From Nannocystales bacterium (lineage in GTDB: Bacteria > Myxococcota_A > Polyangia > Nannocystales > Nannocystaceae): a stretch of 64,000 nt of DNA. The number at the start of each line of letters is the position of its first letter. The first letter of the stretch is position 1. Under the pieces are notes generated by a model. The model was not told where the DNA came from and searched no databases. It saw nothing but the letters and a program-made list of their open reading frames with translations. This document shows, piece after piece, positions 48,837-57,975 of this stretch. The DNA is taken from positions 32,001 to 96,000 of the forward strand of contig JBOEGF010000015.1 in assembly GCA_050633305.1 (NCBI GenBank), read 5' to 3'. The position numbers were made by a program, and so were the translations under genes.

Positions 48837-49961
48837 ATGCTGACCGTGGTGTCCAAGCCCGCAATCGACCTCGCGCAACTCGTGGGCCGCCGAGAACAGT
48901 TCGCCTACGAGCAGCATCTGGCGCGTTCGACCTACGCCTACGGTGTCGACCTCCGACGCGCCGCATGGCTGGACTCCAGCCGACTCGGCGATCCGCTCAT
49001 GCGTACGGTCGATCGCCGCTGGAATAGTCTGACCACCAACCTCTCGGCGGACGCGTTGCAGCCGGGAGGGACCACCCTGTCGTCAAGGGTCATGGACCAA
49101 CTGCTTGGTCTGGTGCGTCTGCTTCACGCACCGTGGCCGTCGATTAGGGTGCTTCAGCCCGGGGTCGCCGAACGCTGGCCAATCGTGACACCGCTGGGAA
49201 CGACAAAAGGTGGCTCGCATTGGATCATCGTCGACAAAGAACGGCTCGAAGCCCTCAGCGAATCCGAGCGTGCGTTCTTGCTGGGCTCGGCGATCTCGCA
49301 CCTTCAGTGCGACCACGGTCCGCTCTTCACAGCCCACCTCATGGCCCACCGGTCCGGACGAGGCGAAGGCCTTGTCCGCACGCTGCTTCGACCGTGGTCC
49401 CGCGTCTGCGTATTCTCTGCCGACAGGGCGGGACTCCTCGCCGTCGATGAACTGGACCTGGCCCGGGCGTCGCTTCGCGCCCACGCCGACCCTGGCGTCC
49501 CATGGCTTCCGCCGATGCCGGACGTTGCGGAGCGCCTGCGCGCACTCGAAGAGTTCTCCAAGTCGCGTGTTCTCGCGCGCCTCCGCCTCAGCGGCCCCCA
49601 CACCCGATGGAGTCTCGCGCCTCGCCTCGCGCAGCCGGTCGAGGCATCCGCAGATGCGGACCCGGGCAAGACCCCGCCGCAGGCCGACAGCGGGCCCGGA
49701 GCTGCGGCTCCAGCTCAGCCTCCCGAGCCTTCCGCGCCGGCCGAGCCTGAGCCCGAGACCTCCGCTGCAGAGTCCGACTCCGTCGCCGAGGCCGAGGCCG
49801 ACGGCGAGCGACTCGCCGAAGCCCAGGCCGCCGCTGACGAAGCGCGCGAGGCCATGGAAGACGAGCTCGCACAGGCCAAAGCCAAAGACCGGGTCCTCGC
49901 CGAAGCTTGGCCCCTTGCCCGTTGCGACCAACGCCTGACCCGAAGGCTGGGACTGCTGTGA
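48837..49961 (+). CDS. M48 peptidase-like protein lacking zinc ligands (pseudopeptidase)
   Basis: LSESERAFLLGSAISHLQCDH and WSRVCVFSADRAGLL align to M48 ELxFxLGHELxH and WSRxxExSADRAGL, but H, E and E are replaced. Confidence 0.65.
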   Translation: MLTVVSKPAIDLAQLVGRREQFAYEQHLARSTYAYGVDLRRAAWLDSSRLGDPLMRTVDRRWNSLTTNLSADALQPGGTTLSSRVMDQLLGLVRLLHAPWPSIRVLQPGVAERWPIVTPLGTTKGGSHWIIVDKERLEALSESERAFLLGSAISHLQCDHGPLFTAHLMAHRSGRGEGLVRTLLRPWSRVCVFSADRAGLLAVDELDLARASLRAHADPGVPWLPPMPDVAERLRALEEFSKSRVLARLRLSGPHTRWSLAPRLAQPVEASADADPGKTPPQADSGPGAAAPAQPPEPSAPAEPEPETSAAESDSVAEAEADGERLAEAQAAADEAREAMEDELAQAKAKDRVLAEAWPLARCDQRLTRRLGLL

Positions 49962-51766
49962 ACACCTCCGAAGCCCTCACCGAACACGCGACCCGACTTC
50001 AGGCGATCGCCACCGAACTCGGCCTTTCCGACCTAGGCGAGACCATCGTCGAGGACACCGAGCGGCGCCTCTGCGACTCCCGCATTCGCGCGGTGGTGCT
50101 CGGAGAGATCAAGCAAGGCAAGAGCACGCTGATCAACGCGTTGTTGGGGCAAGACGTCCTGCCGACCGGCGTCACTCCCACCACTGGCGCGACCGTGGTC
50201 GTTCGCGAGGGGGATAGCCCCGGCCCCTACCTCCGCCGGGAGGACGACAGCCGGACCGAGCTCGAGCCCGAGCGCTTCAACCGACTCGCCAAGGGTCCAC
50301 TGACCAAGGACGCCGAGGTCGACGACGCGGACGCAGGCACGCTCGAGTACGAGATTGAATCGGGGACTCTGCCCGCCGCGCTGGAGCTGGTGGACACCCC
50401 CGGCATCAACGACATCGCGAAGTTCCGTGCGTCGGTGAGCCGCGGCGAGCTGCCCCGAGCGGACATCCTCATCCTGGCACTCGACGCGACCCAGCTTCTC
50501 AACCGCACCGAGATGGCATTCCTCCGCGATGCCGTCACCGCGGTCGGCGGGCTCGGGGACTCCGGCGCCACGTTGCTCCTCGCCGTCAACCGAATCGATC
50601 TCATCGCCGAACGCGAACGCCCTCGGCTCGTCGAATACATCGAGGACGAGCTCGCGTCGCTGAGCAGCGGCGACAAGAAGCCGTACGAGCTGTTCCTGAC
50701 CGACGCACGGACCGGGTGTCGCGACCCAGACGCGGAAACACCTGGCGCTCAAGGGGTCAAGGACCTTCGCGCGCGGCTGCACGAGCTGGCTGCTCACCGC
50801 GCTCAGGTCCTTCCGCTGCGGGCCCGCGCTGGCCTGGTGCGGCACGCCTCGCTGCTGGGCCACAACGCCTCCGTCGCGGCGCGGGCGCTCACGCTCGAGG
50901 CGAAAGCCCTTCGCCGCGAGGTTGAGCGTTTTGAAGACGACCTCAACAAGTACGGCAACGACATGACAGGCGTGCGCAACACCCTGTCCGCCCTGCGCGA
51001 AGAAGTCCTCGAGGCCAGTGCGGAGCGCCAGGCCGAGTTCCGCGCCGAGCTCGAGAGCTCCACCAAGGAAGCCCTTCGAACGATTTCGATGCGGCACCTC
51101 ACCGGTCCGTTCGCCGGAGCGTTGCACGATGCGTATCTGCAGTTCGCAAGCCGGGAGGCGGACGCTCTACGAAGTGCGCTCGACGAGATGACCCGCAAGG
51201 CCATCCTTGCCCAGTCAGAGCAAGCCCGCAGGCGGCTCTATCACGCGACTCTTCGCCTCGGCTTCCGCGGCCCAACGATCTACGTCGACCCGCCCAGCGC
51301 TGTCCTCGAAGCCAGCCTCGTCGCGGTCGGTGTCGCAGGGACCGCCATCATGTATCTGGGCAGCGCCATGACGGGCCTGGTCATGGCCATCGCCGGTCCG
51401 CTCACCACGCTCGTCCTGCGGGAGAAGGGACTCCGAGACGCGCGTGCGCGTGCCCTCGAGGAGTTGCCGAAGGCTCTTCAGACCGCCGACGATGCCTTTC
51501 GGGGACAGGTTCGCAGCACGGTCGACAAGCACATCGCCGCCCTGGACGAGCACCTCCAACTCGCCAACGTCGCGTTGGGCGATCAGCTTCGCGGTGTTCT
51601 CCATAAGGCGCAGGCCCGACTCGATGCGATCGAGAAGGGCTCCCCCGAGCCCAAGGACGAAAGCGAAGACCCAACCGCTCCCGAGCGCGCCAAGGCGTTG
51701 TCTCAGCTGCACGAACTCGAGCGCGAGATCGGCAGCATCCGCGGCCAGCTCGACGCTATCCGTTGA
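49958..51766 (+). CDS. Bacterial dynamin-like protein (mitofusin-type)
   Basis: G1 GEIKQGKST, G2 LPTGVTPTT, G3 DTPG, G4 NRID, a helical stalk and a hydrophobic paddle hairpin; GTGA overlap with the upstream gene. Confidence 0.9.
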   Translation: MNTSEALTEHATRLQAIATELGLSDLGETIVEDTERRLCDSRIRAVVLGEIKQGKSTLINALLGQDVLPTGVTPTTGATVVVREGDSPGPYLRREDDSRTELEPERFNRLAKGPLTKDAEVDDADAGTLEYEIESGTLPAALELVDTPGINDIAKFRASVSRGELPRADILILALDATQLLNRTEMAFLRDAVTAVGGLGDSGATLLLAVNRIDLIAERERPRLVEYIEDELASLSSGDKKPYELFLTDARTGCRDPDAETPGAQGVKDLRARLHELAAHRAQVLPLRARAGLVRHASLLGHNASVAARALTLEAKALRREVERFEDDLNKYGNDMTGVRNTLSALREEVLEASAERQAEFRAELESSTKEALRTISMRHLTGPFAGALHDAYLQFASREADALRSALDEMTRKAILAQSEQARRRLYHATLRLGFRGPTIYVDPPSAVLEASLVAVGVAGTAIMYLGSAMTGLVMAIAGPLTTLVLREKGLRDARARALEELPKALQTADDAFRGQVRSTVDKHIAALDEHLQLANVALGDQLRGVLHKAQARLDAIEKGSPEPKDESEDPTAPERAKALSQLHELEREIGSIRGQLDAIR

Positions 51767-51845
51767 TCCTCAGCGCTGCGACCACGCGCAGAGGAGCCCA
51801 GCAGCGCCGCGGGCTGGGACATCCTCAGCCTGCTAAGCTCGTCGG

Positions 51846-53993
51846 GTGAGCGACGGCGAAACCTCCCTGCTCCACCGAGCGCGAGAGGTTCTGGCCTCGC
51901 TTCGGGAGCCGCGACCCGACGATGCGTCTCCGTCTGTGCCCGAGGCCGTGGCGCGCCAGGTCGCCGAATCATTGGCGCGTTGGCAAGGGAGTGCATCGGT
52001 CCGTCGTTTCCTTGGTGTCCCCGCCGGACACGATCGAATCGGTGCGGCGGGTGAGCCCGTGTGGCTGGAAGCGCGAGTCGGGCCCGTCGTGCAGCGGGGA
52101 GCCGCCGCGGTCCGGTTCGTGCTCGACGGCCAGCCTCTGGGGACCTCCGGCCTGAGCGAATCCGGGGGCGGGGGTGTCGACGTTCGGGTTCTCGAGCCTG
52201 GTGTTCACTCGGTCCAACTCGAACCGTTGACTGCAACCGGGGCCAGCCTCGGGCCTCCCGGTGTCGCGGGCGAGGTCAGGGTCCATATCGTGTCGACCGG
52301 GCCCGTGGTGGGAGTCGACGCCGAAATGGTGCTCGAGTCTGACCCGGAGTCCATCGACACGATCAGGCGGCTCGCTGTCGAGGGCGTTCAGGTCTTCTAC
52401 TTCGACTTGGACCCCACCGATCGAGCGGTCGCGATCCGGGCAGCGGTCGTCGGTCTTGGACTCCCCGATGGTGCCGTCCTCACGCACCCAGAAGCGGAGG
52501 AGGATATCGAGCCTGGCAACACGGACTTCAGTCGGGTCTTCGGTCTCACGACCGTCCGGCGCCTCCGGGCCAACGGGGTTCCCGTCGTCGCAGGGCTACG
52601 GGCCCAAACCAGCCCTCCTGCGGCTCCCTCAGTTCCGGTTTTCCGCCCTGACGAAGTCACGGCAGAGGTCATCGTCCGACTGCACCAAGACGCGCAGGCC
52701 TTTGAGGAGCGGAAAGTCCGGACCGACCCGCTCACCTGGCGGCTCGACGAAGCGACGAACACCCGACTGGTCGCCGGGAACTCGGTCGCCGCCGAGTTCG
52801 ACAACCGATTGGCGAGAGAGAGGCTGTTCGAGCTGGTAGAGGGCGCCGAACGATCGATCCATCTGCAGACTTACATCTTCAACGAAGGGCAGGTTGCCAA
52901 CGCCTTGGTCGTGCGACTCGTCCAACAAGCCCGCGCGGGCGTGGCCGTCCGGGTGATCGTGGACGCGCTGTATTCGGGCGAACAAGTTCTCGGCCGGAAG
53001 AACCCCCTCCTCGAATCCCTGTCTCTCGAGGACAACGTCGAGGTCGTTGTCGGGTCACCGATCGGTTTTGGGAGGTCTCTCGACAGTGTCACGTTGAAGC
53101 AACGGGACCACCGAAAGCTACTCATCGTCGACGGCCAGACAGGGTTCGTGACCGGCCGCAACATCTCGGACGCGTACTACCGCGGCTTTGACGAGACCCC
53201 GATTCACCACCACACCACCCACGAACACATCCCGTGGCTCGATGCGCACGTCGAGGCGACAGGCCCCGTCGTCGATGCACTGGAGGCGACGTTCACTGAG
53301 GCTTGGCTCAGCTACGGCGGCACCGAGCACCAGGATCTCACACCATGCGCATCTGCGTCGACGGGGTCCTGCGCTGCCCGGCTCGTCGTGCACAACGGCC
53401 TCGTCGATGCCAACGGCATGCTGCAGTACGAGGCGATGCTCGACGGAGCGCGCGACCACGTCTACATCGTCAACGACTTCCCCATCGTGCCCTCTCTCGC
53501 CTCCGCGATGCAACGCGCACTCGCACGAGGCGTGCGTCTGGTCCTTCTCACAGGCAACGCCGTCGCTCGCAGGGCGGACGGCTCCTTCTTTCCAGGCCCG
53601 GTCTACCGAGAGCTGTTCGACCACATGGTCAAGCAGCGCCTCGAGCCTCTGATTCGCAGCGGCGCACAGGTCTTCGAATACGTCGTGCCGCCCGAGCCCA
53701 TGATCGTTCCACAAGGCGGCGTGGTTCGGCCCTACGTGCACGCGAAGGTCATGTCCTGTGATGGCCGCGCGGCAAGCATTGGCTCCGCCAACCTCGACGC
53801 GACGGCGAGCTACTGGGAACACGAAGCCAACCTCGTGGTCCAAGACGAGGGATTCACCAACGATCTCGAGCAACAGATCGAGTCGATGATCACACGGGCT
53901 CACGCCATCGACCTCGACTCGGACTATTGGAAGCGGGATCGTGCGAAGCGAGCGATCGTCGCCAAACTCTGGCCCGCCGTAGTCTACTCGTAG
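51846..53993 (+). CDS. Phospholipase D/cardiolipin synthase-family protein with an extended N-terminal region
   Basis: Two HKD motifs (HRKLLIVD..GRN and HAKVMSCD..GSANLD) after a ~290-aa N-terminal extension without TM helices. Confidence 0.88.
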   Translation: MSDGETSLLHRAREVLASLREPRPDDASPSVPEAVARQVAESLARWQGSASVRRFLGVPAGHDRIGAAGEPVWLEARVGPVVQRGAAAVRFVLDGQPLGTSGLSESGGGGVDVRVLEPGVHSVQLEPLTATGASLGPPGVAGEVRVHIVSTGPVVGVDAEMVLESDPESIDTIRRLAVEGVQVFYFDLDPTDRAVAIRAAVVGLGLPDGAVLTHPEAEEDIEPGNTDFSRVFGLTTVRRLRANGVPVVAGLRAQTSPPAAPSVPVFRPDEVTAEVIVRLHQDAQAFEERKVRTDPLTWRLDEATNTRLVAGNSVAAEFDNRLARERLFELVEGAERSIHLQTYIFNEGQVANALVVRLVQQARAGVAVRVIVDALYSGEQVLGRKNPLLESLSLEDNVEVVVGSPIGFGRSLDSVTLKQRDHRKLLIVDGQTGFVTGRNISDAYYRGFDETPIHHHTTHEHIPWLDAHVEATGPVVDALEATFTEAWLSYGGTEHQDLTPCASASTGSCAARLVVHNGLVDANGMLQYEAMLDGARDHVYIVNDFPIVPSLASAMQRALARGVRLVLLTGNAVARRADGSFFPGPVYRELFDHMVKQRLEPLIRSGAQVFEYVVPPEPMIVPQGGVVRPYVHAKVMSCDGRAASIGSANLDATASYWEHEANLVVQDEGFTNDLEQQIESMITRAHAIDLDSDYWKRDRAKRAIVAKLWPAVVYS

Positions 53994-54056
53994 ACCGCGG
54001 GCTTCGGCGTAGGCCTCCGGCATCCCGGGAGGGTCGGGCCGTGCAACACTTGGTGC

Positions 54057-54458
54057 ATGCGCCTCTGTTGTTGTGTCGCTGCGCAGGTCTTGTTTGCACC
54101 CGCGCTCGGGCACGCACACGAGGGTCACGAGAAAGAGACGTCCGACCCCGAGCAGCGTCGTGCCCGTCGCGGTGGGCTCGGCGACATGCAACTCGGGACA
54201 CCCATCGGACCGGTCGGTGACGTGCAGACATCCCTCAGACCCGCGTCCGCCCTCGGCGGTCAGGCCAGCAGCCGTGGCTTTGGCTACACAATCGGTGGAG
54301 GGGGGCGCGCCCTCGTGCTCGGTCGCCTCGTGCTCGGCGGCCGTGGGTTCGGCGTGTACTCGGCTCACATCGGTAGTGAGCGGGGCTTTGCGAAGATCAC
54401 CGGCGGCGGGGGATGGCCCGCGCCCGGCTCAGCGGTGGTTTTCTGCGCCTCACCCTAG
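54057..54458 (+). pseudogene. Exported Gly-rich beta-strand protein, apparently truncated
   Basis: Signal peptide, then Gly/aromatic beta strands (IGGGGRALVLGRLVLGGRGFG) that end abruptly after GGGG. Confidence 0.35.
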
Positions 54459-54520
54459 GTGGCGGAGGATTCTGGTTCGACTGAGGTGATCGAAAGTTGC
54501 CGTGCTGGCACTGACCAAGC

Positions 54521-55270
54521 ATGGCTTTCCTGCTCGCGGCTTCGGTAACAATGGCCCTTGCCGTCCCGCCACCGTCCCCACCGACGAGCGAGGGCCCGCG
54601 GCGCAAGACCGCGGAACCGCAGCTGGGGCAGGACTCGGCCCGGGGCTTTGTTGTCGCAGGAGCGGTCCTCACAGGCCTCAGTACCTGGTCGTCCGGGATG
54701 ATCGCGTCGCGATACCTCGACTCTCGCAACGCGACCCAACAGGCCAGGGGTCGCGTTCTCCCGATTCCGTTCGCCGGTCCGATCGTGGCGGCGGCCATGG
54801 GAACTCGCACGCAGCAGCCGATCGCGGCGCTCGGCGTGATCCAGGGCGCGGGCCTCAGTTTTCTGACGATCGGCGCCGTCTCGCTTGCCCGCCACCGCCG
54901 GCTCGGCCACCGCCGAGGCCCGTTGATCTTCAACAAGGCGACCGGTGTTCTCGCCCTGACCCAAGGGGTCATGTGGTTGTCCGTGTCCTGGGGGATGACG
55001 TTCGGGTTTTCCCGTACCCGAGCCAAATCGGGGGATGCGTTCGCCCGCCGACTGCAAGTACCGATCATCGGCGGCTTGTGGGCAGCCCCGATCGCACCAA
55101 GCTACACCCGCGGATACCTCGGACTCACGAGCAGCGCGATTCAGATCGCGTCGGCGGCGGGCGTGGTTTTTGGTGCCGTCATGCTTCGCAAACACCACAA
55201 GAACAGGCTCTCGGTGATGCCCATGCCGACACCGGAGGGTCCCCGTCTCGTCGCCTCGATGCGGTTCTAG
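54521..55270 (+). CDS. Hypothetical membrane protein with internal duplication
   Basis: Signal peptide, two repeats of (L/V)PI..G..(V/W)AA, and C-terminal ...PTPEGPRLVASMRF. Confidence 0.7.
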   Translation: MAFLLAASVTMALAVPPPSPPTSEGPRRKTAEPQLGQDSARGFVVAGAVLTGLSTWSSGMIASRYLDSRNATQQARGRVLPIPFAGPIVAAAMGTRTQQPIAALGVIQGAGLSFLTIGAVSLARHRRLGHRRGPLIFNKATGVLALTQGVMWLSVSWGMTFGFSRTRAKSGDAFARRLQVPIIGGLWAAPIAPSYTRGYLGLTSSAIQIASAAGVVFGAVMLRKHHKNRLSVMPMPTPEGPRLVASMRF

Positions 55271-55280
55271 GGACGCCCCC
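55268..55280 (+). repeat. 13-bp direct repeat TAGGGACGCCCCC (copy 1)
   Basis: Identical to 56204-56216; a related inverted copy lies at 46426-46442. Confidence 0.6.
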
Positions 55281-55302
55281 CAGGGTCCATGGGAGCCCAG
55301 GA

Positions 55303-55974
55303 TCAGAAGCTCGCGCTGAACTCGAAGAACACCGCGCCGCCGGTCCTCGTGTTGTACCGAGCCCCTGCGTTGAAGTTGCCGCCCAGTGCCTGCCCGCTCT
55401 GCCCGATCGAGAAGTTCGTCGAGTTGTTCCCCGTGTTGTGACTGACACCCGCATTGAACCGCCCCATGTCGGTCCGCTGGCTGTATCGGGCGGAGAAGTT
55501 CGAGTCGCCCGTATCGAACGCGTTCTCGAACTGGATGCGCAACGTCCCCGGGCCGCGTTGTAGCTTGTAGTCAGCCTCGAACTCCTCGAGGCTCACCCCG
55601 AGCTTGAGCTTGCCGGGCAGACGGACTTTGTCGATGGGGACGGTGAGGGGGACCTTCGCCCGGCGGAGCGCGTCCTGAATCTTCGGCTCGATCTCATCCC
55701 AATTCATGACCCCGTACACCACGGTAGCGGCCGCCCCAGCCAGGATGATGACGGACCGTCCCTCCGGGGTCATCGAAGTGCAGAACTGCTGAACCTCGGC
55801 TGAGAACGCTTGGCCGGCCTGGTTGGCTTGGGTTGAGCTCACCCCCTGCTCTCGCAGCAGGTCTGCGACGAGACCGCGGGTTTGGGAGTCGACCTTCCTG
55901 CAGAGCTTGGGGTCGCCCACGATGTCCATCACCTGCTGATAGATCTCCGTTCCAGTACGCCTCGGATCTGCCAC
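55303..55974 (-). CDS. Hypothetical protein with C-terminal amphipathic beta strands ending in Phe
   Basis: Helical N-terminus, a hydrophobic segment, then repeated F[NS]AG[VA].[YH]N strands; ends FFEFSASF. Start uncertain. Confidence 0.6.
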   Translation of the reverse strand: MADPRRTGTEIYQQVMDIVGDPKLCRKVDSQTRGLVADLLREQGVSSTQANQAGQAFSAEVQQFCTSMTPEGRSVIILAGAAATVVYGVMNWDEIEPKIQDALRRAKVPLTVPIDKVRLPGKLKLGVSLEEFEADYKLQRGPGTLRIQFENAFDTGDSNFSARYSQRTDMGRFNAGVSHNTGNNSTNFSIGQSGQALGGNFNAGARYNTRTGGAVFFEFSASF

Positions 55975-56203
55975 CCAATTGTCGTACAGGAATGTCAGCC
56001 CCCTGTCCAAGCGACAGGTTTTCGGGGCGCCGACGGCAGGCCACACCACCAACCGAGGGGACGTCGTGCAGGGCAGAGGCGGCGCCGCCGCCAGCGGGAG
56101 GGTGCGCCTGTACGAGGGCCCCTTGCGTGATCCATGCGTGCTCGGCCGACGAGGAGCGACGCAATGCCGTTCCGGGGCGATGTTGTACAGGCGACCTGCA
56201 TCT

Positions 56204-56216
56204 TAGGGACGCCCCC
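56204..56216 (+). repeat. 13-bp direct repeat TAGGGACGCCCCC (copy 2)
   Basis: Identical to 55268-55280 and followed by TAG. Confidence 0.6.
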
Positions 56217-56409
56217 TAGAGTGAACCGCTGACCCGCCGACCACGTCACCCGAAGTGCGAGCAGCGTGTTCCTCCGAGCGACCGCGAACCTCGCCGTCCC
56301 GCGTCAGACTCACCGGAGCGACCTGACGCCGCGGGGTTCATCGGTGTCCGCCCCGGTCCGTGAGCGCTCGAACTCCGCTGGCCTGGCGCCGCTGCCCCAC
56401 GGCGGTGAG

Positions 56410-57669
56410 TCACGCGTGGCGCGGGAGCTCGGCCGGCCAGAGGTTGCCCAGTGGGTGGTCGGAAACCCCGGACCCATAGACGACGTCAATGCTCCGAGTG
56501 TTGCGACGGATGAAACCGGCGGCTTCGAGGGACTGAACCACGCAGCTCGAAGCGGTGAGTCCCGGCTCGGCGCTGGGTCCCTCGCCCGACCGACCCACTG
56601 GGCGAAAGACCTCGGTGTACAGCTTGGGAAAGGCTTCTCGGAAGCAGGCGAGGTGATGCTCGTTGATCCAGTAGCTCTCCTTTCCACCGGAAACGTACGC
56701 GCCCATCTGGGCCCGCGTCGCAAACTCTCGACGGCGCAGACCCATCCCGACGACCCGGTCGACCCCCGACGAGTCGGCGTGCGTCGAGAGCTTCATGCGA
56801 GCGTACGCTTCCGCCATGTCGCGGTCGGACGCAACGCCCGAGGCAAGCGGCCTCAGCGTGCTGCCGAAGCGCTTGAGAAACCCGTGGGCGAGGCTGAGCG
56901 AGACAGCGGCGGCCGCTCCGTCAGCCGCACCTCTGGCCATCACCTGTTCATTGTGCTTTCCGGGCATCGGAAGGTACGTGGCCCGGGTCGATCCTCCCAC
57001 AAGCATCCGAGACATGTCCTGCGGCTTGAAGGTCTCGCGACGTTCGTTCTTGGATAGGATCGCGCAGTAGTAGTTCACCGAAGACGGAACCCGACGCATG
57101 TCCATCTTGGTAAGGCCCAGCCCTTTTCCCGCGACCGGGTCGACCGCGAAGATGTTCATGCGGATCGAGCCGCCGAAGACTTCGTGAATTGCATTGGCAA
57201 TACGGATGCACGTGACCCCACCGCGACTCCACCCGACCATGTTCACCGTATGGATGGGAATCCGGTATTCGAACTTGAGCATCTGGAGGATGAACACCGT
57301 CCGGGCGATGTTGTCCCCCATTCCCTTGCCGGATAGTTTTCCCCGCATGGCCGTATGGTGGGCACCGCTTTGACCGGCGAAGTGTTCCGCGAAGGATGTA
57401 CGCCAGAATCCGCTCCGACCGTACTGGACCTGCTCATCCTTCTTGAGGCGCCCCGTGAACGGGTTTGTGTCCGTGGGCAACGGCAGGCCATCGGACTCGC
57501 TCCCCGGTCCTTCATTGATGACGTAGCAACCTCTTTGAAGAGTCCCGTTTCGTATCACAGCCTCCTGGCCCGACATCAGGTCATGAAGCGTCCCCACCAG
57601 CTCGCCGCGCGCACGGGAGTCCTCTCGGTTGAACCCCGTTCCATGGTTGAAAATCGTGAACACCGTCAT
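56410..57669 (-). CDS. Tle1/DUF2235-like alpha/beta hydrolase (putative lipase effector)
   Basis: FTIFNHGT start, EGPGS, G.G..DN, nucleophile elbow GWSRG, FAVDPV (Asp), PGKH (His); AAGGAG RBS; no signal peptide. Confidence 0.7.
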   Translation of the reverse strand: MTVFTIFNHGTGFNREDSRARGELVGTLHDLMSGQEAVIRNGTLQRGCYVINEGPGSESDGLPLPTDTNPFTGRLKKDEQVQYGRSGFWRTSFAEHFAGQSGAHHTAMRGKLSGKGMGDNIARTVFILQMLKFEYRIPIHTVNMVGWSRGGVTCIRIANAIHEVFGGSIRMNIFAVDPVAGKGLGLTKMDMRRVPSSVNYYCAILSKNERRETFKPQDMSRMLVGGSTRATYLPMPGKHNEQVMARGAADGAAAAVSLSLAHGFLKRFGSTLRPLASGVASDRDMAEAYARMKLSTHADSSGVDRVVGMGLRRREFATRAQMGAYVSGGKESYWINEHHLACFREAFPKLYTEVFRPVGRSGEGPSAEPGLTASSCVVQSLEAAGFIRRNTRSIDVVYGSGVSDHPLGNLWPAELPRHA

Positions 57670-57975
57670 CCGTCAAGCTCTCCTTCAAAGCCTCGCCAAC
57701 GTTCGGGGCCCGGCTGAACGGCTCGGCGGACCTTCCAGCAGACACCACGGTTAACCATGGCTCGGTCCTGTTGAATCCTTCAGCTGCGAGCGCCTAATGT
57801 GCTCTCGCGATGCATCAATTCTCCGCAGCCGGCACGTGAAATCGAGATGAAAGCGAGAGCATCTGATTCTCGTGATGGAACCGCGTATATCCGGCCATCA
57901 CGTTCGTCGGTATTGCAATAGCTTCACCTCCCGGCTTACGGAGTAGCGGCGCACGGTGCCACCTGTGACTCGAGC

